The notes under the pieces were generated by a model. That model was given only the letters and a program-made list of their open reading frames with translations. It was not told the DNA's origin and searched no databases. DNA of 64,000 nucleotides from Gammaproteobacteria bacterium (GTDB lineage Bacteria > Pseudomonadota > Gammaproteobacteria > Arenicellales > CAJQKF01). Location: assembly GCA_030429665.1 (NCBI GenBank), contig JAUIEZ010000006.1, positions 6,263 through 70,262 of the forward strand, given 5' to 3'. Numbering within the stretch: the stretch's first letter is position 1; each line of letters begins with the position of its first letter. This document shows, piece after piece, positions 19,433 to 28,553 of this stretch. Made by a program: the position numbers and the translations under genes.

Positions 19433-20647
19433 TCATACGACGGCTTTCTCGACGACCGGCGCGCCGCGCGCGATGCGGTCGGGCGAGAAAATCGACAGGT
19501 CCAGGCTCGTGTAGTGGCCGGCGACGATCAACTCCGCCAGGGCGCGGCCCACGGCTGGCGATTGTTGCAGTCCGTGGCCGGAAAATCCATTGGCGAGAAA
19601 GAAGTTCTCGAGTTCCCAGTGGCGGCCGATGATGGCATTCTGGTCGAAAGTGTTGTAGTCGTAGTGTCCCGCCCACGCCCCGGTAACGCGGACTGCCTCG
19701 AAGGCGGGTACCCGGTGTGCCAGCAGCGGCCAGAGGCGATCTTCGAACCAGGAGTAATCGATCTCGAAATCGTCGCAATCGGGATCCGCGTCGGGCGGTG
19801 GCGAGAGTCCGCAGACGAACCGCGTGCCTTCGGGCCGGAAGTATGTGCCCGAGGGGTCCACGACCAACGGGCAGCCCCTGTCAATCGGCGTTCGGCAGTG
19901 AAACACGAACACCTGGCGCTTGCGTTGCGCCACCGGCGGCGGCGTGCATCGGGCGAGGTCACACAGCGTGGCAGCGGATGCGCCCGCCGCGTTGACGAAG
20001 ACGTCGGCCGCGATCGTTTCGCCGTTGCCACAGCATGCCGCCGTGATTCGGTCGCCCACGCGTTGGAACGACGTCACCTCACCCGTCACGTATCGAGCGC
20101 CTCCGGCGATGGCCGCTTCCCGGAACAGGTTGAGTAGCGCGTGCGGGTCGATCCATCCTTCACCGCTTGCGCCGTGGGCGCCCAGCGCGATGTCATCGAT
20201 GTTCAGCCATGGAAAACGCTTGCCCAGCGCGGCGGGACCCAGCATGGCCACGTCGGCGCCCAACTCGCGCTGCAGGGCAACGTTTCTCTCGAGCATGCCC
20301 GCCCCGGCCCTGCTCGCCAGCATCAGGTAGCCATTTTCCACGAAGGCGAGGTCCGCACTCGTGCGTTCCGTGCGGACGAAGCGCGACGGATTGCGAACGA
20401 AATCGGTGGCGAACCGGGAAATTCTCACGTTGGCCGCGGTAGAGAACTGGTGGCGAATGCCACCCACGGAACGCGGCGTCGAGGCCTCGCGGTAGGTCGG
20501 GTCGCGCTCGATCACGATGACGCGACCGGTGAATGCTCGCTGATTGACCAGGAAGCAGGCCGCGGCCGAACCGACCACGCCGCCGCCGACGATCACGCAG
20601 CGCGCATCGGGAACTGCCGGGCCGGTCACCGCCGGATTGACTGCCAT
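19433..20647 (-). CDS. FAD-dependent oxidoreductase (DAO family, FOXRED1 / sarcosine-oxidase-beta-like)
   Basis: Dinucleotide fold CVIVGGGVVGSAAACFL. DAO-family C-terminal GFSGHGLQQSPAVG. 48 nt upstream of the dehydrogenase gene. Confidence 0.78.
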   Translation of the reverse strand: MAVNPAVTGPAVPDARCVIVGGGVVGSAAACFLVNQRAFTGRVIVIERDPTYREASTPRSVGGIRHQFSTAANVRISRFATDFVRNPSRFVRTERTSADLAFVENGYLMLASRAGAGMLERNVALQRELGADVAMLGPAALGKRFPWLNIDDIALGAHGASGEGWIDPHALLNLFREAAIAGGARYVTGEVTSFQRVGDRITAACCGNGETIAADVFVNAAGASAATLCDLARCTPPPVAQRKRQVFVFHCRTPIDRGCPLVVDPSGTYFRPEGTRFVCGLSPPPDADPDCDDFEIDYSWFEDRLWPLLAHRVPAFEAVRVTGAWAGHYDYNTFDQNAIIGRHWELENFFLANGFSGHGLQQSPAVGRALAELIVAGHYTSLDLSIFSPDRIARGAPVVEKAVV

Positions 20648-20669
20648 CGACGATCTGTGCCCCGTTGCT

Positions 20670-21119
20670 TCAACGCAAGCGCTCCATGCCCGTCAGTTCT
20701 CCGCTCTCGAGGTCGTAGCGAAGTCGCATCGATGGGCCAAGGGAGGCGCGGATGATCCCGTTGGGCGCGCCGTTCTCGATGCGCGGCAGCAGCAGCCCCT
20801 GGACCACCACGACAAGCGTGCCGTTCTCGATCGAGTGTCCGATCTTGTAGTGTCTCGGATCCCGCGCGGCCGAATCGTGTTCGCCCCGTTCCAGAAACAC
20901 CTGCCAGGCGCGCCGGTAGTATTCAAGCACCGCGACGGGAACCATGCGCGCCTGGCCTGCCGCCGTCATGGGCGACGGCGGTTCGTGCGGTGCGTAGCCG
21001 TCGGTATAAATGCCCGAATCGGGCAACGTCTCGACCCACTGGCGGGCGACGTCAACGTCGTCGGCGAGAGCTATCGAGGCCAGCGCCAGGCACCCCGGGA
21101 CGGCGTAGCGAATCTTCAA
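20670..21119 (-). CDS. small secreted hypothetical protein (149 aa)
   Basis: Proposed TTG start at 21119 overlaps the upstream TGA (TTGA overlap). N-terminus KIRYAVPGCLALASIALA/DD looks like a signal peptide. The part of ORF 20670..21413 upstream of it lies inside the DUF4329 gene in another frame. Confidence 0.45.
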   Translation of the reverse strand: MKIRYAVPGCLALASIALADDVDVARQWVETLPDSGIYTDGYAPHEPPSPMTAAGQARMVPVAVLEYYRRAWQVFLERGEHDSAARDPRHYKIGHSIENGTLVVVVQGLLLPRIENGAPNGIIRASLGPSMRLRYDLESGELTGMERLR

Positions 21120-22462
21120 TTGTTGATCCTGCCGATCACGGTGATCCGGCCGGTACGATACTCGTGCAGCTTCATGTAGCCGGCGGGAGTGCCGAGGTAC
21201 CCGTCCACCTCCTCGATTCGATCCGACAACAAGTCGGCGGGCGAGAATTCCTCGTTTTTGTAGCGCGGGTCGGGACCGCCGTGGGTGTGGTAGCTGGCGC
21301 TTGCCGAGGTCCCTCCCGGCACGCTTCGCTTGGAACCGATATCCACGCTCGAGACCGTACCCGCTACCGGATCCGTATAGCCGAACGTGCCATCGGCATT
21401 GCGGTAGATCCACCCACCGTACTCGCGATTCTGACGCACCGAGACCGGGTTGATCTGATTGAGGACGGTACGCGCCGCATTGTTTCGGTCGCGTATGCGC
21501 ACGGCTTCGTCCTTGCTTTCGCTGCCGGAGCTGCCGGCGATGCTTACGGCGACCAGGCCCGCGCCAAGCAGGGCCAGGCCGCGGGCGCCGCTGGACGCCG
21601 CGACCGTCCCGTCGCCGTTCTCCACCGCTTCCGCCGCCGCCAGGGCACCGGGCGGCGGCGCGCCCAGCGTACCGGCGACGTGGAACATGATTCGAGTCTC
21701 GTCGCCTTCGCGGTAAAGCGGATTGCGGCCCGAGCGCAGGCTGAGGCCGACGCGGTGTCCGCGATCGGTACCGCGGAATATACCCAGCGAGCGGAAACGG
21801 GCGCCGGACTCGTGGTCGACCTGACGCAATCGCCAGTCGATCGATTGGCCCGACCAGGACAGCATGACGCCGGCCGCGGTAGGTTCGTCCGCTCGCGCGA
21901 CCGAGAATACGCCGGCCGCGGCGGCGCCGGCGGTCAATCCGGCGTAGACCGTGCGCCGCTCGTCGAGATCGTCCGCGCGGACTTCGGCGAGCGCGAAACG
22001 AAGGCGCACGGCGCGCCGGATCGCCAGTTCGGCCGCCGCCCCGCGGTATTCGAATCGTTCTCGCGATCCACCGTGAAACAGGTATGGATCGGACTGGAGC
22101 GGATCGGGGTCGAGGCGGCTGTAGGCTTCGCCGCTGCCGGTGAATACGTTGAACGCCCAGCTCCCGCCATTCATGCCGAGGTCGAGCCGTTGTTCATCCT
22201 CGCTCCACGCGGCGCCGACGCGTAGCTCGTCGTCGCCCGCGGCAGCAACCAGGTCGAGGCCGACGGCCTCCTCGCGCGCGACGTCGCCGCGCGCGGCGAT
22301 CGTGGCGTAGCGCATGACGCCGATGCCGTCGGTTTGCTCGTCGGAGAAAGCCGGCAGATGCATCGAAGCAGCGCGGCGCTGTTGGCTGTGCAGGGCCGTG
22401 TCCGCAATGCAGCCAATGCTCCAGGCGGCAATGACCAGCGCGAGGATGGATCGTGGCACCAT
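21116..22462 (-). CDS. DUF4329-domain lipoprotein / envelope protein
   Basis: ATG at 22462 with AAGGAG 6 nt upstream. Signal/lipobox MVPRSILALVIAAWSIGC. About 300-aa beta-rich N-domain, then an Ala/Gly linker with the hydrophobic segment GLALLGAGLVAVSIAG. C-terminal EYGGWIYRNADGTFGYTDP...ASYHTHGG...EFSPADL...GYLGTPAG matches DUF4329 as I recall it. Confidence 0.65.
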   Translation of the reverse strand: MVPRSILALVIAAWSIGCIADTALHSQQRRAASMHLPAFSDEQTDGIGVMRYATIAARGDVAREEAVGLDLVAAAGDDELRVGAAWSEDEQRLDLGMNGGSWAFNVFTGSGEAYSRLDPDPLQSDPYLFHGGSRERFEYRGAAAELAIRRAVRLRFALAEVRADDLDERRTVYAGLTAGAAAAGVFSVARADEPTAAGVMLSWSGQSIDWRLRQVDHESGARFRSLGIFRGTDRGHRVGLSLRSGRNPLYREGDETRIMFHVAGTLGAPPPGALAAAEAVENGDGTVAASSGARGLALLGAGLVAVSIAGSSGSESKDEAVRIRDRNNAARTVLNQINPVSVRQNREYGGWIYRNADGTFGYTDPVAGTVSSVDIGSKRSVPGGTSASASYHTHGGPDPRYKNEEFSPADLLSDRIEEVDGYLGTPAGYMKLHEYRTGRITVIGRINN

Positions 22463-22546
22463 GACAACTCCTTGAATTGTTGTAAAACCGTATCCTTGGG
22501 CAATTAGACGTGAGCGCCGGGTGGCTGGCAACCGCGACAGATTCGG

Positions 22547-23329
22547 CTACCGGCGGGTCGACGGGTCCGGCGGCGCGACAACGTCGACACCGGCCTCGGT
22601 GAGCTGGGCGACAAGCGAATCGGGCGGCGGTCGATCGCAAGCCAGCACGTCGATGTCACCCGGGTCGCAAATGCGCACGAAGGCGCGTGAACCGAACTTG
22701 GAGTGATCGGCGACGACGATGGTTTTCTGCGCCTGGCCGATGACGGCGCGCGAGAACTCCGCCTCTTCCAGGTGAAAGTCCATAAACTCCCCGTCCTCGG
22801 TGATCGCGCCGATGGACAGGATGGCATAGCGCACGTGGAACTGGCGCACGAAGTCGATGGACGTGGGACCGAACACTGCCGAGTCGTCCGCGCGCAGCTC
22901 GCCGCCGCAGATGTGCACGCGATTGCCGCCAACTGGCGCGAGGGTGCGGGCTATCTCGGTGCAGTTGGTGACCACGGACAGGTTGTCATGACGCCGCAGC
23001 GCGCGGGCGACGAAGGCATTGGTGGAACCGGTGTCCATGATGATGGAGTCGCCGGACTCGACCATCGCCGCCACCAGGTCGGCGATGACGGTCTTTTCCG
23101 CCATGTGCTCCTGCATTCGGCGCTGAAAGGGAGGCTCGGCGCCCTTGTAGTCGGTCAGGACGATGCCGCCGTGCACTTTTTCGACGAGCCCCTCGTCGAT
23201 GAGCGGGCGAATGGTACGGCGGATGGTTTCGTCGGATACGCGAAGCGCCTTGGCCAGTTCCATGATGGAACAGTCTCCGCTGGCGCGGACCATGCGCAGG
23301 ATCTCCTCGCGTCGGCGATGGGCCTGCAT
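22547..23329 (-). CDS. DeoR/GlpR-family transcriptional regulator
   Basis: HTH region RREEILRMVRASGDCSIMELAKALRVSDETIRRTIRPL plus a DeoR C-terminal effector domain (IIMDTGSTN, VVTN). Start at MQAH (23329) preferred; 23365 is possible. Confidence 0.85.
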   Translation of the reverse strand: MQAHRRREEILRMVRASGDCSIMELAKALRVSDETIRRTIRPLIDEGLVEKVHGGIVLTDYKGAEPPFQRRMQEHMAEKTVIADLVAAMVESGDSIIMDTGSTNAFVARALRRHDNLSVVTNCTEIARTLAPVGGNRVHICGGELRADDSAVFGPTSIDFVRQFHVRYAILSIGAITEDGEFMDFHLEEAEFSRAVIGQAQKTIVVADHSKFGSRAFVRICDPGDIDVLACDRPPPDSLVAQLTEAGVDVVAPPDPSTRR

Positions 23330-23562
23330 TATCGTTGGCCGTCCGTGGATGCGTGTGGCGTACATTCCTTGATCAATCTCTCGTCCATTGAGTCAGATTA
23401 GCATAGCAAAATCCACATAAACCACAAAATATCCAAATTTTCCCTCGCAAGCGCTCAATCTCTGTTGGAAACTGTGGGATATTTGTGAGAATATTTTTTC
23501 GTCTGGATTTTCGTCGATCTGGATCGAGCCAACCCAAACGAGAAGAGCGGAGGTTAGACCGT
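23330..23562. promoter_or_regulatory. AT-rich divergent control region between the DeoR gene and the ABC-importer operon
   Basis: Lowest-GC stretch of the window. Direct repeat TCAATCTCT at 23373-23381 and 23455-23463. Imperfect inverted repeat CCACAAAATATCC (23422-23434) / GGATATTTGTG (23477-23487). RBS GCGGAGG before ATG 23563. Confidence 0.4.
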
Positions 23563-24519
23563 ATGAACATCTTCGAGCGCGTGAGCGCCGTAGCGATGGC
23601 CGGCACGATGGCCGTGATGCTGGCGGCACCGGCCGGCGCGGCCGTTGAGTCCGAGGACCCGATCAAGCTTACCCTGCACGACTGGACCGGCCAGCTGATC
23701 ACCACCCGGATCATGGGCGAAGTCCTGCAGAAGGCGGGATACAACATCGAATACGTGCAAGCGGACTACATCGCGCAGTTCGCCGGACTCAAGAGCGGCG
23801 ACCTGCACGTGGCGATGGAGATCTGGGAAACCACCGGTCGCGAAGCGATGGACGAGGCAACCGCGACAGGCAATGTCGAAAACCTCGGCGAGACCGGTCT
23901 GCAGGCCATCGAGGAGTGGTGGTATCCCGCCTACATGAAGGAGCGTTGCCCGGGGTTGCCCGACTGGACGGCCCTGAACGACTGCGCCGAGGAGTTTTCG
24001 ACGCCCGAGACAGCGCCCATGGGCCGCTACCTCGGCGGTCCCGTCACCTGGGGCGGCTTCGACGATGAGCGCGTCGAGGCGCTGGAGCTGGACTACGAGG
24101 TGGTGCATGCGGGCACCGACGCAGCGCTGTTTGCCGAACTCGAGTCCGCCTATCAACGCGAGGCGCCGGTCCTGTTGTGGGTCTACGCGCCGCACTGGGC
24201 GCCGATCAAGTACGAGGGCGAATGGGTGGAGTTTCCGCCTTACACCGCCGAATGCTATGACGATCCGGCCTGGGGCTCCAACCCGGATACGGCCTACGAT
24301 TGCGGCAAGCCGCGCGGACCGATCTGGAAGGTCGCGTGGAGCGGCGTGAAGGACAAGTGGCCCGGGGCCCATGCCGCCATCGGTGCGTTTACCCTGGACA
24401 ACGACGAGATGGGCGCGATGGTGGCGGCCGTCGACCTCGAGGGCGGCACCGTGGAGGGCGTTGTGGATCAGTGGATGGCCGACAACGAGTCGCGCTGGAA
24501 GTCCTGGATCGGGATGTAA
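23563..24519 (+). CDS. glycine betaine/choline-type ABC transporter substrate-binding protein (OpuAC/ProX family)
   Basis: Signal peptide AMAGTMAVMLAAPAGAA. LHDWTGQLITTRIMGEVLQKAGYNIEYV and HVAMEIWETTG are typical of the betaine-binding family. Confidence 0.85.
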   Translation: MNIFERVSAVAMAGTMAVMLAAPAGAAVESEDPIKLTLHDWTGQLITTRIMGEVLQKAGYNIEYVQADYIAQFAGLKSGDLHVAMEIWETTGREAMDEATATGNVENLGETGLQAIEEWWYPAYMKERCPGLPDWTALNDCAEEFSTPETAPMGRYLGGPVTWGGFDDERVEALELDYEVVHAGTDAALFAELESAYQREAPVLLWVYAPHWAPIKYEGEWVEFPPYTAECYDDPAWGSNPDTAYDCGKPRGPIWKVAWSGVKDKWPGAHAAIGAFTLDNDEMGAMVAAVDLEGGTVEGVVDQWMADNESRWKSWIGM

Positions 24520-24620
24520 CCACCGAATCCGCGGGGTAGCGTGTAGCAAGAGTCGGCGGGCGGCGCCGTTCGCGCGGCGCCGCCCGTCTCGTTTCTGGAG
24601 CAACTCATGACCGGGATCAC

Positions 24621-25649
24621 ATGACCGGGGACAATCGCATCAAGCTCGCCTGCCAGGGCGTCTGGAAACTGTTCGGCAACGGCGAGCGAGAATTTCTGAG
24701 TCGACACGGCGATTCCGTCGACGACGAGGCGCTCAAGCGCGCCGGGCTCATCGGCGCGGTAAGGGACGTGAACCTGGACATCGGCGAGGGCGAGATCTTC
24801 GTGATCATGGGCTTGTCCGGCTCCGGCAAGTCCACCCTGGTGCGATGCCTCTCGCGCCTCATCGAGCCCACCGCCGGCCGCATCCTGTTCAACGGCGAGG
24901 ACCTGCTCGCCGCCAGGGAGGCGGAACTCATCGACATTCGCCGGCACAAGATGGGCATGGTGTTCCAGCATTTCGCGCTGCTGCCGCACCTGACCGTGCT
25001 CGGCAACGTCGCCTTTCCGCTCGAGGTGCAGGGGGTGGCGCGGCGCGAGCGCGAGTCGCGCGCGCGGGAGATCATCAAACTCGTCGGGCTCGAGGGCCGC
25101 GAGCGCTACTTCCCCCGCGAACTCTCCGGCGGCCAGCAGCAGCGCGTCGGAATCGCCCGGTCGCTGGCGGTGGAGCCGGAATTGTGGTTTCTCGACGAGC
25201 CATTCTCCGCGCTGGATCCGCTCATCCGGCGCGAGATGCAGGACGAGTTCATGCGCCTGCAGAACGTGCTGCACAAGACCATCGTGTTCATTACCCACGA
25301 CTTCGACGAAGCCATTCGCCTTGCCGATCGCATCGCGATCATGAAGGACGGCCGCGTGATACAGGTCGGCACGCCGGAGGAGTTGGTGATCGCGCCGGCC
25401 ACCGACTACGTGGCGGAATTCACCAACCACATCCCCCGCGCCAAGGTGCTCACCCTGGGTTCGATCATGCGCCCGTCGTCATCGGCGGCGTACGCGGAAA
25501 GGTTCCATGCCGACGAGCGCGTCGCCGACGTTGCCGTGCGTTTCGACGCCGGCAACGTCTATGCCGTCGTCAACGCCGGAGGCGACGTAGTCGGCGAGGT
25601 GACCCGGGACGATCTCGTCGAGGTGTTCATGGGGCGGCGGGACGGTTGA
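24621..25649 (+). CDS. betaine/proline-type ABC transporter ATP-binding protein (ProV/OpuAA-like)
   Basis: Walker A GLSGSGKST, signature LSGGQQQRV, Walker B LWFLDEPFSALD, H-loop ITHD, and a C-terminal regulatory tail. Confidence 0.92.
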   Translation: MTGDNRIKLACQGVWKLFGNGEREFLSRHGDSVDDEALKRAGLIGAVRDVNLDIGEGEIFVIMGLSGSGKSTLVRCLSRLIEPTAGRILFNGEDLLAAREAELIDIRRHKMGMVFQHFALLPHLTVLGNVAFPLEVQGVARRERESRAREIIKLVGLEGRERYFPRELSGGQQQRVGIARSLAVEPELWFLDEPFSALDPLIRREMQDEFMRLQNVLHKTIVFITHDFDEAIRLADRIAIMKDGRVIQVGTPEELVIAPATDYVAEFTNHIPRAKVLTLGSIMRPSSSAAYAERFHADERVADVAVRFDAGNVYAVVNAGGDVVGEVTRDDLVEVFMGRRDG

Positions 25650-25651
25650 CC

Positions 25652-27640
25652 ATGGCGTCGGATCGCGTCGCGCGCAGCCCGTGGCGGTGGTTCTGGAGCG
25701 GCGCCCTCGTGGTGTCGTTCGGGCTGTACTACCTTGCCGGAGAGTTGCTCCCCCGCGCGGCGACCAGGTATCCCGCGGCATGGCGCATTCCGCTCAAGGA
25801 CGATATCTCCGCGTTCATGAACTGGCTGATCGAGGATGCAACTCTCGGCCTCGTCACGTTCAAGGAGTTCACGCGCGGCATCGCGTGGGTGCTCGAGCAG
25901 CCGTTGAACCTGGCGACCAGCCTGTTCGCCACCGGTTTCCTGTCGGGGGTCGGCAGCAATGCCGAGCAGATCCTGCCGCCGCTGTCGTGGGTCGCGGTCA
26001 TCGCGGTGGTCTATCTCATGGGGCGCTACGCCAGGGACGTGAAGCTCGCGTTGCTGGTAGCAGGTTGCTTCGGCTACCTGGCATTGTTCGGTCAATGGCA
26101 CAGCGCGATGGTGACGTTGTCGTCCATCGTCATCGCGGTACCCTTCGGCGTGGCCGGCGGGCTGCTGCTGGGCATCGCGGGTTACCGCTGGCGCGCCTTC
26201 GAGCGGGCCATCACGCCGGTGCTGGACCTGATGCAGACGATTCCGATCTTCGCCTACCTCGTGCCGATCCTGTTCCTGTTCGGCTTCGGCCCGGTGGCGG
26301 CGATGATCGGGACGATCATCTACGCGATGCCGCCCATGGTGCGCGTCACCATGCTGGCCTTGCGTTCGGTGCCGGACGAAGTGGTCGAGTTCGGCCGCAT
26401 GGCGGGCTGCACGCGGCGCCAGCTGACGTGGAAGGTCCTCGTGCCGTCCGCCTCGTCGGGCCTCATGGTGGGCGTGAACCAGGTCATCATGCTGTCATTG
26501 AACATGGTGATCATCGCCTCGATGATCGGCGCCGGCGGGCTTGGTTACGATGTCCTTACCTCGCTCAGGCGCCTGGACATCGGCGCCGGCATCGAGGCGG
26601 GTGTAGCCATCGTGGTGCTGGCCATCGCCCTGGACCGTCTCAGCCAGGCGTATGCCGCGAGAACGCCGACCGGGCGCGCGGGCGGCGAGACATCGTTGGT
26701 CAAGCGGCACCCATGGACGCTGCTGGCGCTGGGGATCGTCGTTGCCGCCTATCTCGGCGGCTTGCTGTTCGCCGCGCTGGCCGAATTTCCGCAAGCCTGG
26801 CAGATCACGACCGGTCCGTTCTGGACGGCGCTGGTCAAGTGGGTCAACGTCAACTTCTACGACACGCTGGAGGCGGTGAAGGCGGCATTGCTGATCAACG
26901 TGCTGGTGCCGGTGAAACGTTTCCTGCTCGCCATGCCCTGGGCCTGGGTGATCTTCCTGGTGGCCGCCGCGGGCTGGTGGCTGGGCGGCTGGCGCCTCTC
27001 GCTCCTGACGGCTGCATTGTCGACTTTCATCCTGGTCACCGGGCAATGGGCCGATGCCATGGTGACGGTCTACCTCACCGGCATCTCGGTGGTGATCGCC
27101 GCATTGATCGGTATACCCGTCGGCATTGCCGCGGCCGGCAATGATCGCGCCTGGCGCGTCGTGCAGGCGTGCATCGATACGCTGCAGACGCTGCCGTCCT
27201 TCGTCTACCTGATACCGGTCGTAATGCTGTTTCGCGTGGGTGATTTCTCCGCCATGATCGCCATCGTCGCCTACGCGGTGGCGCCGGCCATTCGCTACAC
27301 CGCCCACGGCATCCGGTACGTGCCGACCGAGCTGGTCGAGGCCGGCATCGTGTCGGGCTGCACGCCGCGGCAGTTGCTCTTCAAGATCCGCCTGCCGCTC
27401 GCCATGCCCGAGATCATGCTCGGCATCAACCAGACCATCATGCTGGCGCTGTCCATGCTCGTGATCACCGCACTGGTGGGCACACGCGACCTCGGCCAGG
27501 AAGTCTATATAGCGCTGACCAAGGCCGATACCGGGCGCGGTATCGTCGCAGGCCTGTCGGTCGCCTTCATCGCCATCATCGCCGACCGGCTGATCGCCGC
27601 GGGATCGAACCGCGTGCGGCGGCGATTGGGCCTACAGTAA
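25652..27640 (+). CDS. fused double ABC transporter permease (two ProW-like modules)
   Basis: ATG at 25652, 2 nt after the ATPase stop. Two homologous permease repeats (PIFAYLVPILFLFGFGPVAAMIGTIIYAMPPMVRVT and LPSFVYLIPVVMLFRVGDFSAMIAIVAYAVAPAIRYT). The 24845-25651 part of the ORF-track entry overlaps the ATPase gene and is not coding. Confidence 0.86.
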   Translation: MASDRVARSPWRWFWSGALVVSFGLYYLAGELLPRAATRYPAAWRIPLKDDISAFMNWLIEDATLGLVTFKEFTRGIAWVLEQPLNLATSLFATGFLSGVGSNAEQILPPLSWVAVIAVVYLMGRYARDVKLALLVAGCFGYLALFGQWHSAMVTLSSIVIAVPFGVAGGLLLGIAGYRWRAFERAITPVLDLMQTIPIFAYLVPILFLFGFGPVAAMIGTIIYAMPPMVRVTMLALRSVPDEVVEFGRMAGCTRRQLTWKVLVPSASSGLMVGVNQVIMLSLNMVIIASMIGAGGLGYDVLTSLRRLDIGAGIEAGVAIVVLAIALDRLSQAYAARTPTGRAGGETSLVKRHPWTLLALGIVVAAYLGGLLFAALAEFPQAWQITTGPFWTALVKWVNVNFYDTLEAVKAALLINVLVPVKRFLLAMPWAWVIFLVAAAGWWLGGWRLSLLTAALSTFILVTGQWADAMVTVYLTGISVVIAALIGIPVGIAAAGNDRAWRVVQACIDTLQTLPSFVYLIPVVMLFRVGDFSAMIAIVAYAVAPAIRYTAHGIRYVPTELVEAGIVSGCTPRQLLFKIRLPLAMPEIMLGINQTIMLALSMLVITALVGTRDLGQEVYIALTKADTGRGIVAGLSVAFIAIIADRLIAAGSNRVRRRLGLQ

Positions 27641-27649
27641 GGAGGAACC

Positions 27650-28522
27650 ATGCAGGCCATCGAACGCGCCGCGTCGCTGTCGTGCTGGCGGGGCAGGGTC
27701 GATCCCGAACCTCTTGGCGGCGGCATCACCAACGTCAACTTCGTCGTCAACGACGCCGGCCGCAAGTTCGTCGTTCGCGTTGGCGAGGACATCGCCGTGC
27801 ACGGCGTCAAGCGATTCAACGAACTCGCCGCCAGCCGCGCCGCGCATGCGGCCGGCATTTCCCCGGCCGTGGTGCACGCCGAGCCGGGCGCGCTGGTGCT
27901 CGAATACGTCGAGGGACGTACGCTGGATGCCGACGCGGTGCGCGCCGACGGCATGCTCGAACGTATCGTGCCACTGGTGAAAACCTGCCACAGGGAGGTG
28001 CCGAATCACCTGCGCGGCGCGGTGCTCATGTTCTGGGTGTTCCAGGTCGTGCGCGACTACGCCCACACGCTGCGCGAAGGCGACAGTCGGCACCTCGACA
28101 AGCTGGATGGCTTGATCGAGGCGGCCCGACGACTCGAGCGCGCTGTCGGGCCGGTGGAGATCGTGTTCGGACACAACGACCTGCTGGCGGCCAACTTCAT
28201 CGACGACGGACGAAAACTCTGGCTCATCGATTGGGACTACGCCGGCTTCAACAGCCCGCTGTTCGACCTGGGCGGGCTCGCCTCCAACAACGAGTTGACG
28301 ACGGACGCCGAGCGTTGGCTGCTGGAACGGTATTTCGACCGCGCCGTGGACGAAACGCTGTGGCGACGATACCGCGCCATGAAATGCGCCTCGTTGTTGC
28401 GCGAGACGATGTGGAGCATGGTTTCGGAGATTCACTCCGAGATCGACTTCGACTTCGGCGAATACACCGCCGAGAACCTGGCGCGCTTCGAGCGCGCCCT
28501 GGAAATGTTTGACGACGAATGA
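27650..28522 (+). CDS. choline/ethanolamine-kinase-like phosphotransferase (K1)
   Basis: Nucleotide loop LGGGITNVNFVV, Brenner motif HNDLLAANFI, choline-kinase motif LIDWDYAGFNSPLFDLG. Confidence 0.75.
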   Translation: MQAIERAASLSCWRGRVDPEPLGGGITNVNFVVNDAGRKFVVRVGEDIAVHGVKRFNELAASRAAHAAGISPAVVHAEPGALVLEYVEGRTLDADAVRADGMLERIVPLVKTCHREVPNHLRGAVLMFWVFQVVRDYAHTLREGDSRHLDKLDGLIEAARRLERAVGPVEIVFGHNDLLAANFIDDGRKLWLIDWDYAGFNSPLFDLGGLASNNELTTDAERWLLERYFDRAVDETLWRRYRAMKCASLLRETMWSMVSEIHSEIDFDFGEYTAENLARFERALEMFDDE

Positions 28523-28553
28523 CAATGAACCGAAACACGGGAGTATCCATCTC

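Noticed and set aside
24845-25651. Upstream 269 codons of ORF-track entry 24845..27640 (also 3606-4115 before serC, 33323-33565 before K2, 59916-60707 before recQ, 46068..47627 beyond 47171)
   Set aside because: These extensions overlap the preceding well-supported gene in another frame and are Arg/Pro-rich. Internal starts with RBS or start/stop overlap give proteins of canonical length.
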